This document shows positions 7,102 to 17,181 of a stretch of DNA of 64,000 bases, one piece after another. The stretch spans positions 42,982 through 106,981 of the forward strand of contig JBBTWH010000001.1 in NCBI GenBank assembly GCA_038062835.1, in the 5' to 3' direction. Position 1 is the stretch's first letter; each line of letters opens with the position of its first letter. The stretch is from Patescibacteria group bacterium (lineage in GTDB: Bacteria > Patescibacteriota > Patescibacteriia > SG8-24 > DYFX01). The notes beneath the pieces are model-generated. The model saw only the letters and a program-made list of their open reading frames with translations, did no database searches and had not been told where the DNA came from. A program made the position numbers and the translations under genes.

Positions 7102-7647
7102 CAGTGCTGGCGACTGGACTATGTCATCCCCCTTTCGGGGGTCGGGGGCTTCCGCCGAAGCGCGTGCTTCGGAGTACTCTCTTGCGAGATAGTCTCTACA
7201 CCCTCCCCACTCCGCTCTTGCGAGCTTCGCGGGGCTCGGCTCGGCGTTGGTCGGACCGACGTTCGCCGAATTCACCCGATTTTTTCACCTCCGGCATCGC
7301 CGGAGCGTGCTGCCTGATGGACTTCGGCATGACAGTTCGCGCAGAGCAAGGCGCACTTATCGAGCTCGGATCGAATCCGTGCCCATGAGCGCGTCGTGCC
7401 GTCCGCGGAAATACTGAAGTCCTTATGTGCCGGTTCAAGATGATGGAACGTCAGCGCAGCTTCGCATGAAGCGTAACCACAACGTTCGCACGCACCTCCT
7501 TTGTAGGTGAGCGCCATCCGCTTGAGCATCTTTCGTCGCCGATCGACGTGATATTTGCTCTTGCATCTGACGCCGCAGAACCGGCGCCCTGCACCCGCCT
7601 GTCGAAGGCATGTCTTCCATGCGCATCGTCCGGCGGGACCAGCTTTG
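7102..7647 (-). mobile_element. group I intron with intron-encoded HNH endonuclease
   Basis: The 5' exon ends in U and the intron ends in G (omega G). A P1 helix forms between exon GGACUGU and intron GCUGGUCC. A P7 candidate pairs GACUAU with AUAGUC, and the 3' strand AUAGUCC lies 17 nt from the 3' splice site. Confidence 0.6.
7272..7529 (-). CDS. HNH homing endonuclease (intron-encoded, 85 aa)
   Basis: MLKRMALTYKGGACERCG...HHLEPAHKDFSISADGTTRSW...LLCANCHAEVH, an HNH motif with a CxxC/CxxC zinc site. The longer track ORF (to 7781) would read through the tRNA exon, so an internal start is used. Confidence 0.6.
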   Translation of the reverse strand: MLKRMALTYKGGACERCGYASCEAALTFHHLEPAHKDFSISADGTTRSWARIRSELDKCALLCANCHAEVHQAARSGDAGGEKIG

Positions 7648-7721
7648 ACAGTCCACTGCTCTACCGCTGAGCTACCTCGGAACGAACGAATTCCTGTCAG
7701 GGCGGTTTCCTGAACGGGCAT

Positions 7722-7750
7722 ACTATACACAGGCTCAAAAGTTTCATCAA
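7722..7750 (-). promoter_or_regulatory. putative sigma70 promoter for tRNA-Asn (TTGATG-17-TATAGT)
   Basis: On the minus strand it reads TTGATGaaacttttgagcctgtgTATAGT, about 35 nt upstream of the tRNA 5' end. Confidence 0.35.
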
Positions 7751-7845
7751 GGGGCGCGAACAGTATAGGTAAATATGCCATCCTTCACGCAAGACCCTAG
7801 GGAAACCCGCATTTAAGGCGTATACTGCCCGAAAGAACCCTTCCT

Positions 7846-8832
7846 ATGCCCCAGCGGACCCGCAAACCCCTCGCCGACCTCCACAACCACTTGGGCGCTT
7901 CGGTGCGGCCGTCGATCCTCTGGTCGATCGCCCACCGCCAGGGCATCAAGCTCCCGACCAAGAGCTACTGGGAGTTCGAGGAGATGATCACGATGCGCGG
8001 AAAGGAACGGAACCGGAACCTGAGCGAGATGCATGACCGTTTCTTCCGCTGGACGGAGCTCATCCAGTCCTCGCCCGAGGCCATCGAGGAGTCGGTCAAG
8101 GCCGTCATCGACGGCGCGTATCGCCGGGGCAACATCACGCTCCACGAACTGCGCTTCAATCCGATGAAGCGCAACCGCGGCGGCGAGCGCGACCTCGATA
8201 ACATCATCATGTCGGCGGTCTGGGGCATGGACAAGGCCCTGCTCGAGTATCCGCAGGTGAAGGCCGGCCTCATCCTCATCATGGACCGCTCGTTCCCGCC
8301 GGAGCAGAACATGATCCTCGTCGAGAAGGCCATCAAGTACGCCGGGCGCGGCGTGGTCGGCGTCGACATGGCTGGACCGAACCATCCGAAGTTCTCGATG
8401 CGCAAGCACCTGCCGCACTTCAAGAAAGCCCGGTCTGCCGGACTCGGCGTCACCGTACACACCGGCGAAGAACGCCAACTCGACGAGATGCGCTTCGTCG
8501 TCGAGGAAGTCCGGCCGGACCGCATCGGCCACGGCATCCAGTGCGTGCGTTCCGCCCCGCTGATGCGCCGCGTCGCCGAGCTCGGCATCACCCTCGAGAT
8601 CTGCCCGACCTCGAACCTGAAGAACAGCATCCTGCCTGGCATCAAGGCCCTGAAAGATACCTTCGCGGCCCTCATCAAACACGACGTGCCGTTCGTGCTG
8701 TGCACCGATGGGCCGGAGATGTATCAGACCCACCTTCACCAGGAACAGGAGTTCCTGATCGAGCGCGGCATCCTGACGGAGGCCCAGGTCGAGGCGGCCC
8801 GCAAGCATGCTTTCAAAGTCAGTTTCGTGTGA
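7846..8832 (+). CDS. add: adenosine/AMP deaminase-family metallo-hydrolase
   Basis: Has the LHNHLGAS (HxHL), HTGE, RIGHG, ICPTSN and TDGPE motifs. TATACT lies 19 nt upstream. Confidence 0.8.
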   Translation: MPQRTRKPLADLHNHLGASVRPSILWSIAHRQGIKLPTKSYWEFEEMITMRGKERNRNLSEMHDRFFRWTELIQSSPEAIEESVKAVIDGAYRRGNITLHELRFNPMKRNRGGERDLDNIIMSAVWGMDKALLEYPQVKAGLILIMDRSFPPEQNMILVEKAIKYAGRGVVGVDMAGPNHPKFSMRKHLPHFKKARSAGLGVTVHTGEERQLDEMRFVVEEVRPDRIGHGIQCVRSAPLMRRVAELGITLEICPTSNLKNSILPGIKALKDTFAALIKHDVPFVLCTDGPEMYQTHLHQEQEFLIERGILTEAQVEAARKHAFKVSFV

Positions 8833-8846
8833 TAAAATCAAGGCAT

Positions 8847-10598
8847 ATGCGCATCCCCCTCAAACCCGCCGCCCTTGCCGCCATCCTGAGCCTGATGTCG
8901 GCCGCCCTGCCGGCCGCGGCCGCTCCGGGCGACCTCGTCTCGATCGCCCTCCGCGACTTCAATCATGACGGCCGCATCGACCGTGCCGTCGTCGCCGTCG
9001 CCAACCCGAGCGGCTCGTCCTGGAGCCTCCAGGACGCCTCGGGTTTCGTCGTCGCGTACGACGGCGCCGCGCTCGCGATCTCCAAGGTCGCCGTGACCTC
9101 GCCGTCGTCCGACCCCGCCCTCGTCGAGATCGTCCTCGACGCCGCGAACCTGCCGCTCACGACGTCGGCCGCGAAGTTCGAGGTCTCCTACGCCGGCGCC
9201 GGACTCGCGGCGTTCGCCCCGGACGACGCCTCCGCCGCCGTGACGGAAAAGGACGAAGCCTCCCCGATCCTCATCGCCTCGAACCCGGCCGCGGGCTCCA
9301 TCGACGTCTACCGCAGCGCGAACATCACGCTCACGTTCAGCGAAGACGTCGACCCCGCTAGCCTCGTCCCGGCCTCCGCCCGAAACCCCGGAGCCTGGTC
9401 GTTCAGCTCCGCGGCCGCCGTCGTGACCGTCGGCCACTTCCCCTACGCGAACAACGCCGACGAAAGCTTCGGCATCGCCGCCAAGGATCTCGCCGGCAAC
9501 GCCCTCGTCGCCGGTCCGTATCCGAATCCCTTCGCCTTCCGCACCACCGACGACACCACGCCCTCCACACGCGCCGACAACGTCTTCGCGCTGACCGTCC
9601 CGGGCGCCTTCGCCGCCCTCCCGGCCGCCGGCCCTGCCCACCTCGCCTGGTACACCAACCTGGCGGATATCGCCTCCGTCCGCCTTTCCTACTCGACCGA
9701 CGCCGGCGCTTCCTACGCTCCGATCGCGACCGCGCCTGTCACGCAGGGCGTCCATGTCTGGTATCCGCCGCAGATCTCCTCGGCCTTCCAGCTGCGGGCC
9801 GAGGGCCTGAACGCCGCCGGGGTCCCGGTCGCATCATCGTTCGTGGCGCCGGTCTCGACCGTCGGCGCTTGGGCGCCCGAACCCGTGACGACGGCGCCGA
9901 GCGGCGCGCCTGATACGGCCGCCCCGGCCCTGACCGCCCCGGCCGTCATCGACCGATTCGACGCGACGGCCAGGAGCGCCAAGATGACCTGGACCACCGA
10001 CGAGCCCTCGCGGTTCGAGGTGAGCTACGGCTCCGAACTGAATTTCTCCGGCCGCGCCGAAAGCGCCGCCCTCACGACGTCCCACGAGATCACGCTGACG
10101 GGCCTCACGCCCGGCGCCTTGCATCAGGCGCGCATCACCTCGTTCGACGCCAAAGGCAACGCCGCCGTCTCGCGCGACTACTGGTTCGTCTTCCTGCGCG
10201 AAGGCGACCTTATCAAGGGAGAGGGCCCGGCCGTGTACTGGTACAAGGCCGGCAAGCGCTCCGCTTTCCCCCACCTCGACGTCTACCGCTCCTGGTTCGG
10301 CGAAGACTTCTCCAAGATCGTCCGCGTCTACGACACCCAGCTCGGCACCATCCCGTTGGGCGGGAACGTGAAGATGAAGGAAGGCGTCTACCTCATCAAG
10401 ATCCAGAGTGACCCCAAGACATACGCGGTCGAGCCGAATGGCGTCCTCCGCTGGGTGCAGACCGAGGAGCACGCAAGACAGCTTTACGGAGCCGCCTGGG
10501 CCAAGCGCGTCCGCGACGTCGACGTCAGCCTGTTCACGGACTACGCCATCGGCGCAGCGCTCGTTTCCGGAGAACGCCCGGCTGGCTACGCGAACTGA
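8847..10598 (+). CDS. secreted Ig-like/fibronectin-like repeat protein with conserved C-terminal ~110-aa module
   Basis: Signal peptide MRIPLKPAALAAILSLMSAALPAAAAP, then Ala/Pro-rich beta-rich repeats. The C-terminus is homologous to the C-terminus of the 52932-54863 protein (IPLGGN...KIQSDPKTY...ARQLYG). Confidence 0.6.
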   Translation: MRIPLKPAALAAILSLMSAALPAAAAPGDLVSIALRDFNHDGRIDRAVVAVANPSGSSWSLQDASGFVVAYDGAALAISKVAVTSPSSDPALVEIVLDAANLPLTTSAAKFEVSYAGAGLAAFAPDDASAAVTEKDEASPILIASNPAAGSIDVYRSANITLTFSEDVDPASLVPASARNPGAWSFSSAAAVVTVGHFPYANNADESFGIAAKDLAGNALVAGPYPNPFAFRTTDDTTPSTRADNVFALTVPGAFAALPAAGPAHLAWYTNLADIASVRLSYSTDAGASYAPIATAPVTQGVHVWYPPQISSAFQLRAEGLNAAGVPVASSFVAPVSTVGAWAPEPVTTAPSGAPDTAAPALTAPAVIDRFDATARSAKMTWTTDEPSRFEVSYGSELNFSGRAESAALTTSHEITLTGLTPGALHQARITSFDAKGNAAVSRDYWFVFLREGDLIKGEGPAVYWYKAGKRSAFPHLDVYRSWFGEDFSKIVRVYDTQLGTIPLGGNVKMKEGVYLIKIQSDPKTYAVEPNGVLRWVQTEEHARQLYGAAWAKRVRDVDVSLFTDYAIGAALVSGERPAGYAN

Positions 10599-10612
10599 AC
10601 GATGAGACGAAA

Positions 10613-10644
10613 AGACCCCCGGCGTACGCCGGGGGTTTCGCGTT
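10613..10644. terminator. bidirectional intrinsic terminator (cccccggcg-tac-gccggggg)
   Basis: Perfect 9-bp stem flanked by an A-run and T-run, between convergent genes. Confidence 0.5.
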
Positions 10645-11224
10645 ACAGATGCGTGCGCAGGACCAGGATCTGGATCCCGAGGACGCAGAAGTTGTAGGCG
10701 GCATGGACGCAGACGTTCGAGGCGTATGCCCACGCCTTGCTCTTGGTGCCGTCGGAGCGCCGGATGGTCCGGAACCAGAGTCGGCCAAGCAGCAGTCCCA
10801 GGGAGCCCTGGATGAAGATGCTGAAGTAGCCGCCGCCGTGCAGGAGGCCGAACCCGAGGAACGAGCCGGCCAGGAGTACGAAGATGTGCTTGATGCCGCC
10901 GGTCGCGTCGTCCGTGCAGAGCTCGCAGAGCCCGGCGCGGAAAGTCTCTTCCATGAGAGGCGCCATGACGCAACTGCCAAGGAGCGCCCAGAGGAAGCTC
11001 TCGCCGAGGGAGGCGTCCGCGAAGAGGGACTTGAGCGGATACGGCAGGAGCTCGTCACGCAGTCTCGGCAGGACGTCGATACCGACGGCGCCGGTCTTGA
11101 TGGCATACAGGTTCATGACCAGCAGGACGAGGGTCACCCAGAGCCAGACCAGCATGAACGTCACGCCGATCTCTCCGAGACGGTTGCGGTTGGCCCGTAC
11201 CCAGGCCTTCATGTTCCCGAGCAT
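10643..11224 (-). CDS. CPBP-family (CAAX/Abi-like) intramembrane metalloprotease
   Basis: Has the EETFRAG (EExxxR), FLGFGLLHG (FxxxH) and HAAYN motifs, with multiple TM segments. ATG 11224 has a GGAGG 7 nt upstream. The track ORF extends to GTG 11269. Confidence 0.7.
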   Translation of the reverse strand: MLGNMKAWVRANRNRLGEIGVTFMLVWLWVTLVLLVMNLYAIKTGAVGIDVLPRLRDELLPYPLKSLFADASLGESFLWALLGSCVMAPLMEETFRAGLCELCTDDATGGIKHIFVLLAGSFLGFGLLHGGGYFSIFIQGSLGLLLGRLWFRTIRRSDGTKSKAWAYASNVCVHAAYNFCVLGIQILVLRTHL

Positions 11225-11457
11225 GGCGTACCTCCGTTGTTGGAAAGACCGGGATTGATCTGAATCCACCTTACCAAAAGGGCCAGCCTTGGCGACTGGC
11301 CCCTGTGGATAACTACGTCGCTACCGGCCACGCTCCCGCTTAGACACGCTCCGCGGTCTTCGCTCACGCATGGCCGTCGCTCCTCCTTCGCGGCTGGGCA
11401 GGCCCAGCCTTGATGGCGGTTCATGGTGTTCCGCGCCGTCGCGCGGAACGATTTCCT

Positions 11458-12705
<1,248 letters not shown>

Positions 12706-12789
12706 AGCATTCGTGGAATCGCAAAAAAATATCGTCCTGGCGGATTCCGGATATCGTTCGGCGATTCCAGGATGGTCGGCCAGGGTCGG

Positions 12790-14559
12790 TCAATTGTGCG
12801 AACGTTTGGCGACGTCTTCGAGGCGTTCGGCGATTTTCGTCGCCGTCGCGCGGTCTCCGCGCTGTTCTGCCTCGGCGAGTGCGCCCACGAGCTCCTTTTC
12901 CATCTTCTTGATCGCGGCTTTTTCGAGTTCGCGCGCGCAGATGGCGGCCTCTTCCGACAGCCGTTCCGGGGTCCATTCGGATTCCGCCATGTCGCGATCC
13001 TTCAAAAGGAGGATCGGTTCGATGGGCGGCAGACCGGGGGCGTCTTTCAGGGCCTGAAGCGACGGGGCTTTGCCGTCCTCACTATACTGCGCCTTCAGGA
13101 ATTTGGCCAGGTTGCGCATCGGACCCTCCGGGAACCGGTCATCCAGGGCTCCGATATGGGCCGTGAAGAGCTCGGATTCGCTCAGCATGAGACAGAACAA
13201 CCGGGCGGAAAGGCGTTCCTCCCGGGTCTCGATCTTCGGAGCGGGGGCCGTGGGGCCGCTGGGAGCCGGAGCCTGCTTCTTGGCGGCCGCCAAGGCTTCC
13301 CGAAGGCCGTCATCGGTCAGCAGCAGCTTCTGGGCGGTCTCGTGGATCCAGTGATCGCGCAGGACCGGGTCATCGAGCAGCTCGAAGACCGTCTTGAGCG
13401 ATTGGATGGCCTTGCGCTTGCCGTAGGCGTCATGAGGCTTCACGGAAGCGATGGCCTGTTCGATGGAATATTCGATCATGTCGCGCGCGCCGGAGATGGC
13501 CTTCACCCACAGCTGCGGATCCTTGCGGATGACCTCGTCCGGATCCTTGAAGCCGGGCGGCAGGATGACGACCATCACCTGCAGGCCGTTCTTCCAGGCG
13601 TGCGGCAGGGCGCGCGCGGCGGCGTTCTGTCCGGCGATGTCGGCGTCGAAGGCGAGCGCGATGCGCGTGCAGTAGCGCTTCAGGATGTCGATCTGGTCGG
13701 TCGAGAAGGCCGTGCCGGAGACCGCCACGACGTTCTTCACGCCGGCCTCGTGCGAGGAGACGGCGTCCATGTTGCCTTCGACCAGCACGGCGAAGTCCGC
13801 CTTCTTGATCTGGCCCTTGGCGCGGTCGAGCGCGTAGACCAGGCGGCGCTTCTTGTAGACGATGGTCTCCGGCGTGTTCACGTACTTGCCGGTCTTCTCG
13901 GCTTCGGGGCTGTCCGGCAGGATGCGGCCGGTGAAGCCGACGACCGTGCCCTTCTCGTCGCGCAGGGGGATCATGATGCGGTCGCGGAAGCGGTCGTAGT
14001 GGCTGCGGTTCTTGTCGCTCGGGATGGCGAGGCCGGCCGCCATGATGTCGTCGACGGAGTGCCCCTTGCCCCGCAGCGCCTTCACGGCGGAATCCCAGGT
14101 GGCGGGCGCGTAGCCGATGCGGAACTCGGCGATCGTTTCGGGCTTGACGCCGCGCTTCGTCAGGTACGCCTGCGCGCGCGTGCCGGCCGCGTGCTTATAG
14201 GCGGCTTCGTAGTACCGCGAGGCGTCCTCCAGCACGGCGAGCGCGGCGGCGCGTTCGGAGTCGGCTTTCGGATCGAACTCCGGCAGGGTCACGCCCGCGC
14301 GGCGCGCCAGCTCCTTGATGGCGTCGCGGAAGTCCACGTTCTCCATCTTCTGGTAGAACGTAAAGACATCGCCGCCTTCGGAACAGCCGAAGCAGTGCCA
14401 GAACTGCTTGTCGCGATGCGCGTAAAAACTGGGGGTCTTCTCCCCGTGGAAGGGGCAGAGCCCCTTCATCGACTGGCCGCCGGCCGGAGTAAGCCTGACG
14501 TACTCCCCGACCACCTCGACCAGGTCCAATTTCTGCTTGATTTCCTCGGCCGTGGTCAT
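12790..14559 (-). CDS. dnaG: DNA primase DnaG
   Basis: Has the CPFHGEKTPSF zinc ribbon, a Toprim domain (EGNMD...DxD) and a C-terminal helicase-binding domain. AAGGAGG lies upstream. Confidence 0.9.
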   Translation of the reverse strand: MTTAEEIKQKLDLVEVVGEYVRLTPAGGQSMKGLCPFHGEKTPSFYAHRDKQFWHCFGCSEGGDVFTFYQKMENVDFRDAIKELARRAGVTLPEFDPKADSERAAALAVLEDASRYYEAAYKHAAGTRAQAYLTKRGVKPETIAEFRIGYAPATWDSAVKALRGKGHSVDDIMAAGLAIPSDKNRSHYDRFRDRIMIPLRDEKGTVVGFTGRILPDSPEAEKTGKYVNTPETIVYKKRRLVYALDRAKGQIKKADFAVLVEGNMDAVSSHEAGVKNVVAVSGTAFSTDQIDILKRYCTRIALAFDADIAGQNAAARALPHAWKNGLQVMVVILPPGFKDPDEVIRKDPQLWVKAISGARDMIEYSIEQAIASVKPHDAYGKRKAIQSLKTVFELLDDPVLRDHWIHETAQKLLLTDDGLREALAAAKKQAPAPSGPTAPAPKIETREERLSARLFCLMLSESELFTAHIGALDDRFPEGPMRNLAKFLKAQYSEDGKAPSLQALKDAPGLPPIEPILLLKDRDMAESEWTPERLSEEAAICARELEKAAIKKMEKELVGALAEAEQRGDRATATKIAERLEDVAKRSHN

Positions 14560-14593
14560 ACTTCTACCTCCTTCTTAGCATATCCCCAGCATC

Positions 14594-14623
14594 TTGCCCA
14601 AAGCGGGGGTTTCGTGTAGTCTG
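14594..14623 (+). promoter_or_regulatory. putative promoter for tRNA-Ser (TTGCCC-18-TAGTCT)
   Basis: A -35-like and -10-like pair about 20 nt upstream of the tRNA. Confidence 0.3.
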
Positions 14624-14643
14624 CTCCCGTAGGCCACGCCCAC

Positions 14644-14731
14644 GGAGGGGTCGCATAGTGGTCGAGTGCGCTCGCTTGGAAAGCGAGTATACCGCAAGGT
14701 ATCGGGAGTTCGAATCTCCCCTCCTCCGCCA
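14644..14731 (+). tRNA. tRNA-Ser(GGA), type II with long variable arm
   Basis: Acceptor GGAGGGG/CTCCTCC, anticodon arm CTCGC-TTGGAAA-GCGAG, T-arm GGGAG-TTCGAAT-CTCCC, discriminator G and an encoded CCA. Confidence 0.9.
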
Positions 14732-14736
14732 AAAAA

Positions 14737-14762
14737 GCCTGGACAACGTCCGGGCTTTTTTG
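14737..14762 (+). terminator. intrinsic terminator after tRNA-Ser
   Basis: gcctggac-aac-gtccgggc followed by TTTTTT. Confidence 0.5.
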
Positions 14763-14789
14763 TATCCTGCGCGGAGAAGGAGTCCTTTC

Positions 14790-15038
14790 ATGAGCGAACG
14801 AAGCGCGTCCGGCGCGAACGCGCCGCCCGGACAGGAATGGCAGATCGGCAAGACGGCCGCCACGATCAAGTTCGTCCTCGAGGCCGAGGTCGAGATGTAT
14901 CGGCGGCCGGACATGACCAACGGCGAAGGCTACACGCTCCTCATGCTCGTCGAACGCCTCAAGAGCGGCGTGGAATCCCTCATCGACTTCGAGACCGTCG
15001 ACGACTGGCTCGAGCGGCTCCGCGACCACTACCCGTGA
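14790..15038 (+). CDS. hypothetical protein (82 aa)
   Basis: GAAGGAG lies 8 nt upstream of ATG 14790. A stop-embedded hairpin terminator follows (15031-15056). Confidence 0.5.
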   Translation: MSERSASGANAPPGQEWQIGKTAATIKFVLEAEVEMYRRPDMTNGEGYTLLMLVERLKSGVESLIDFETVDDWLERLRDHYP

Positions 15039-15071
15039 CGGGTAGTCTTTTTTTCGGACGAAAAACATCCG

Positions 15072-15320
15072 TCAGCATGAACGGATGTAGACGAAGCGCG
15101 GGCCCTTGTAGCCGTGTTCCGGACGGTCGACGACTTCCGTGAAGTCCCGGACCGTGCGATAGCAGAGCTTGTAGGGTTCGTAGTCCTGCCGGTACACGAC
15201 GAGGGGAGGATTGGGCAGTTCGCCCTCCGCGGGGTTCGTGGCGTCTTCCGCGACGCCGTAGACGGCGTACGTCTTCCCTTTGAAGTGGCGGTAAATGCCG
15301 GAAGGGATCTGTTCAGCCAT
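15072..15320 (-). CDS. DUF1653-family protein
   Basis: GIYRHFKGKTYAVYGVAEDATNPAE...LVVYRQ matches the DUF1653 core. ATG 15320 has an AAGGAG 9 nt upstream. Confidence 0.55.
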   Translation of the reverse strand: MAEQIPSGIYRHFKGKTYAVYGVAEDATNPAEGELPNPPLVVYRQDYEPYKLCYRTVRDFTEVVDRPEHGYKGPRFVYIRSC

Positions 15321-16083
15321 TCGATACGCTCCTTGGCGATTGTCGGACACGACGCAGTATGACGAAAAGTCCGACGCCGAACAAGAGCATCGATCCGTAT
15401 TGTCCCGGCGTCAGTCCGGCATAGCGGATGTCGACTGTCCTCAGGAAATCCAGACCGAAACGGGCGGGGGCGTAGGCCATCAGCAGCCAGGCGAGGTAGA
15501 AACCGTCCGGCCGCGTCGTCCGCCGCAGGGCCAGATACGCGCCGAACAGCGCGAAGTCGAGGACGCCCAGCAGCAATCCCAGGTCGTACCGCGGCGCGTC
15601 CGGATAGTTCACGGCCAGCCAGTTCCCCGCGCCGTGCGCCAGCGTTCCCGGATGGTCGTGGATCAGGAAGCAGCCGATACGTCCGCAGCCGAGACCGAGC
15701 GTGGCGGCCGGTGTCAGGACGTCAGCCGTCTTCAGGAACGGCAATCCGAGCGCGCGGCCTTTCCATAGGAAGGCGCCGAAGGCGCCGAAGAACCCGCCGA
15801 AGGAGGAGAATCCGCCTTTCCAGATGCGCACGATGTCGAGAGGGTGCGCCACGTACCAGGCCGGTTCATAAAAAGCCGCGTGAAAGACGCGCGCGCCGAC
15901 GAACGCCAGGAACACCGTCCAGAACGCCAGCGACTCTGTCTTGGCGACATCGAGGCCTTTGCGCCGGGCTTCGCGGAGCGCGAAGAGCGTTCCGGCGACG
16001 ACGCCGACGGCGGCGAAAAGGCCCCAGACCTGCAAGGTCAGCGGCCCGAGCGCGAACGTCTTCCATTCGAGATACGGGATCAC
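15313..16083 (-). CDS. lgt: prolipoprotein diacylglyceryl transferase
   Basis: Has the RIWKGGFSSFGG motif and the GRIGCFLIHDHPG Lgt signature, with multiple TM segments. GTG start. Confidence 0.85.
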   Translation of the reverse strand: MIPYLEWKTFALGPLTLQVWGLFAAVGVVAGTLFALREARRKGLDVAKTESLAFWTVFLAFVGARVFHAAFYEPAWYVAHPLDIVRIWKGGFSSFGGFFGAFGAFLWKGRALGLPFLKTADVLTPAATLGLGCGRIGCFLIHDHPGTLAHGAGNWLAVNYPDAPRYDLGLLLGVLDFALFGAYLALRRTTRPDGFYLAWLLMAYAPARFGLDFLRTVDIRYAGLTPGQYGSMLLFGVGLFVILRRVRQSPRSVSNG

Positions 16084-16538
16084 AGCACGTTCAGCAGCCG
16101 AAGGGCGCTCTTGAAATCACCGATGGCTTTGCGCGCGAACGATGGGTCCAGGTAGTAGCTCGACTCGTGGGCAAGCTGGTTGCGCAAGCGGTGCGCGTTC
16201 CAGACGTCGCGGATCTTCGGGAACTTGTAGGCGGCGAACTTGAGCCGCTCGCCGAGCGTCGCGCCGGGAATCGCCATGGCCTTGAGCGCGTGGTCGAGGA
16301 GCTTGTCCGCTTCCATGACCGCCATCTTGAGGTTCATCTCGCCGCCGGCGGAGGACATGCGCTCGATCTCGTCCCAGCGCGCCTTGATGGCGCCGCGGTC
16401 CATGCCCTGGAGCTTCGGCGCGAACAGGCGGCGGAAGAAGCGGCCGATCCCGCGCAGCAGCAAGAACGCCATCGCCAAGCCGATGACGACGGCGACGATC
16501 TTCCCGACGGAGGCGACGTCGAACGAGACGGTCAGCAT
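16080..16538 (-). CDS. hypothetical N-terminally membrane-anchored protein
   Basis: An N-terminal TM segment followed by a helical cytoplasmic domain. Overlaps the lgt start. Confidence 0.5.
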   Translation of the reverse strand: MLTVSFDVASVGKIVAVVIGLAMAFLLLRGIGRFFRRLFAPKLQGMDRGAIKARWDEIERMSSAGGEMNLKMAVMEADKLLDHALKAMAIPGATLGERLKFAAYKFPKIRDVWNAHRLRNQLAHESSYYLDPSFARKAIGDFKSALRLLNVL

Positions 16539-16547
16539 GACGGTCCG

Positions 16548-17141
16548 CTATGATTTCGATTTGCGCGTCCAATGGACGCGGGCGGGCAGGTCGTCGCTCG
16601 ACCAGGAAACGCGAAGCTTGCCGCCCTTGTGCGACGAGTCCACGGCCTTGCCGAGGATGACAGCGAGCTGGTTCTCGGTCGTGGTCACCACGACGCGCTC
16701 GCCGCGGTCGTCGATGGCGACGATGCGGTCTTCCGGATCGCGCTTCTGGGCGCGCTTGGCAGCGTTGCGGACGGTCGCGAGAATCTCGGCCTTCTCCTTC
16801 TTGTCGATCAGGCCGTCGAGCGTCAGTTCACCTTCGAAGAGGGCCGACTTCGCGTCGGCGGGACCATGGGCGGCGTAGCGGCATTCCTCGCACAGGACGT
16901 CCTTCGCGGGTTTCGAGGCCTTACGTTTGGCCTTGAGCGCGGCGGCCAGGTTCGGGGCGGTGTGCCAATGGCCGTCGTACCAGACGGCTTCGCAGCGCGC
17001 GCACAGCTTCATTCCGGACGTCTTGCGCTTCTCCTTGTCCCACCAGTCCGTACGGGCCCCGGCCACGAAGGTCTTGGTGGCGCTCATCTTGGCCTTACGG
17101 GCGGGCGCGAAAGTCTTCTTGGAAATCTTTTTCTTCGGCAT
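16548..17141 (-). CDS. hypothetical basic protein with CxxC...CxxC zinc ribbon
   Basis: Lys-rich N-terminus, with CARCE...CEEC. Confidence 0.45.
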   Translation of the reverse strand: MPKKKISKKTFAPARKAKMSATKTFVAGARTDWWDKEKRKTSGMKLCARCEAVWYDGHWHTAPNLAAALKAKRKASKPAKDVLCEECRYAAHGPADAKSALFEGELTLDGLIDKKEKAEILATVRNAAKRAQKRDPEDRIVAIDDRGERVVVTTTENQLAVILGKAVDSSHKGGKLRVSWSSDDLPARVHWTRKSKS

Positions 17142-17181
17142 ATGCCGACAGTATAGCAGAAGACGCCCCGTTTGAGGCGTC

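Larger units (their letters stand above)
7061..7681 (-). tRNA. tRNA-Asn(GUU) interrupted in the anticodon loop by a 546-nt group I intron (exons 7648-7681 and 7061-7101)
   Basis: The 5' half is TCCGAGG-TA-GCTC-AGCGGTA-GAGC-A-GTGGA-CTGT. The 3' half is TAA-TCCAT-TGGTC-CTGGG-TTCGAAT-CCCAG-CCTCGGA-G-CCA. Splicing after U35 and before U36 yields the CUGUUAA loop. The discriminator is G, as in Asn. Confidence 0.7.

Noticed and set aside
7272-7781. Full 169-aa track ORF as the HNH endonuclease
   Set aside because: Its N-terminal 47 codons are the tRNA-Asn 5' exon and promoter read in-frame. The real intron ORF must start inside the intron (M at 7529, or a non-ATG start slightly upstream).
16080-16538. 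HEPN-like Rx4H motif (HRLRNQLAHE) in the membrane-anchored hypothetical protein
   Set aside because: A single short motif without the HEPN helical context. It is too weak to call.
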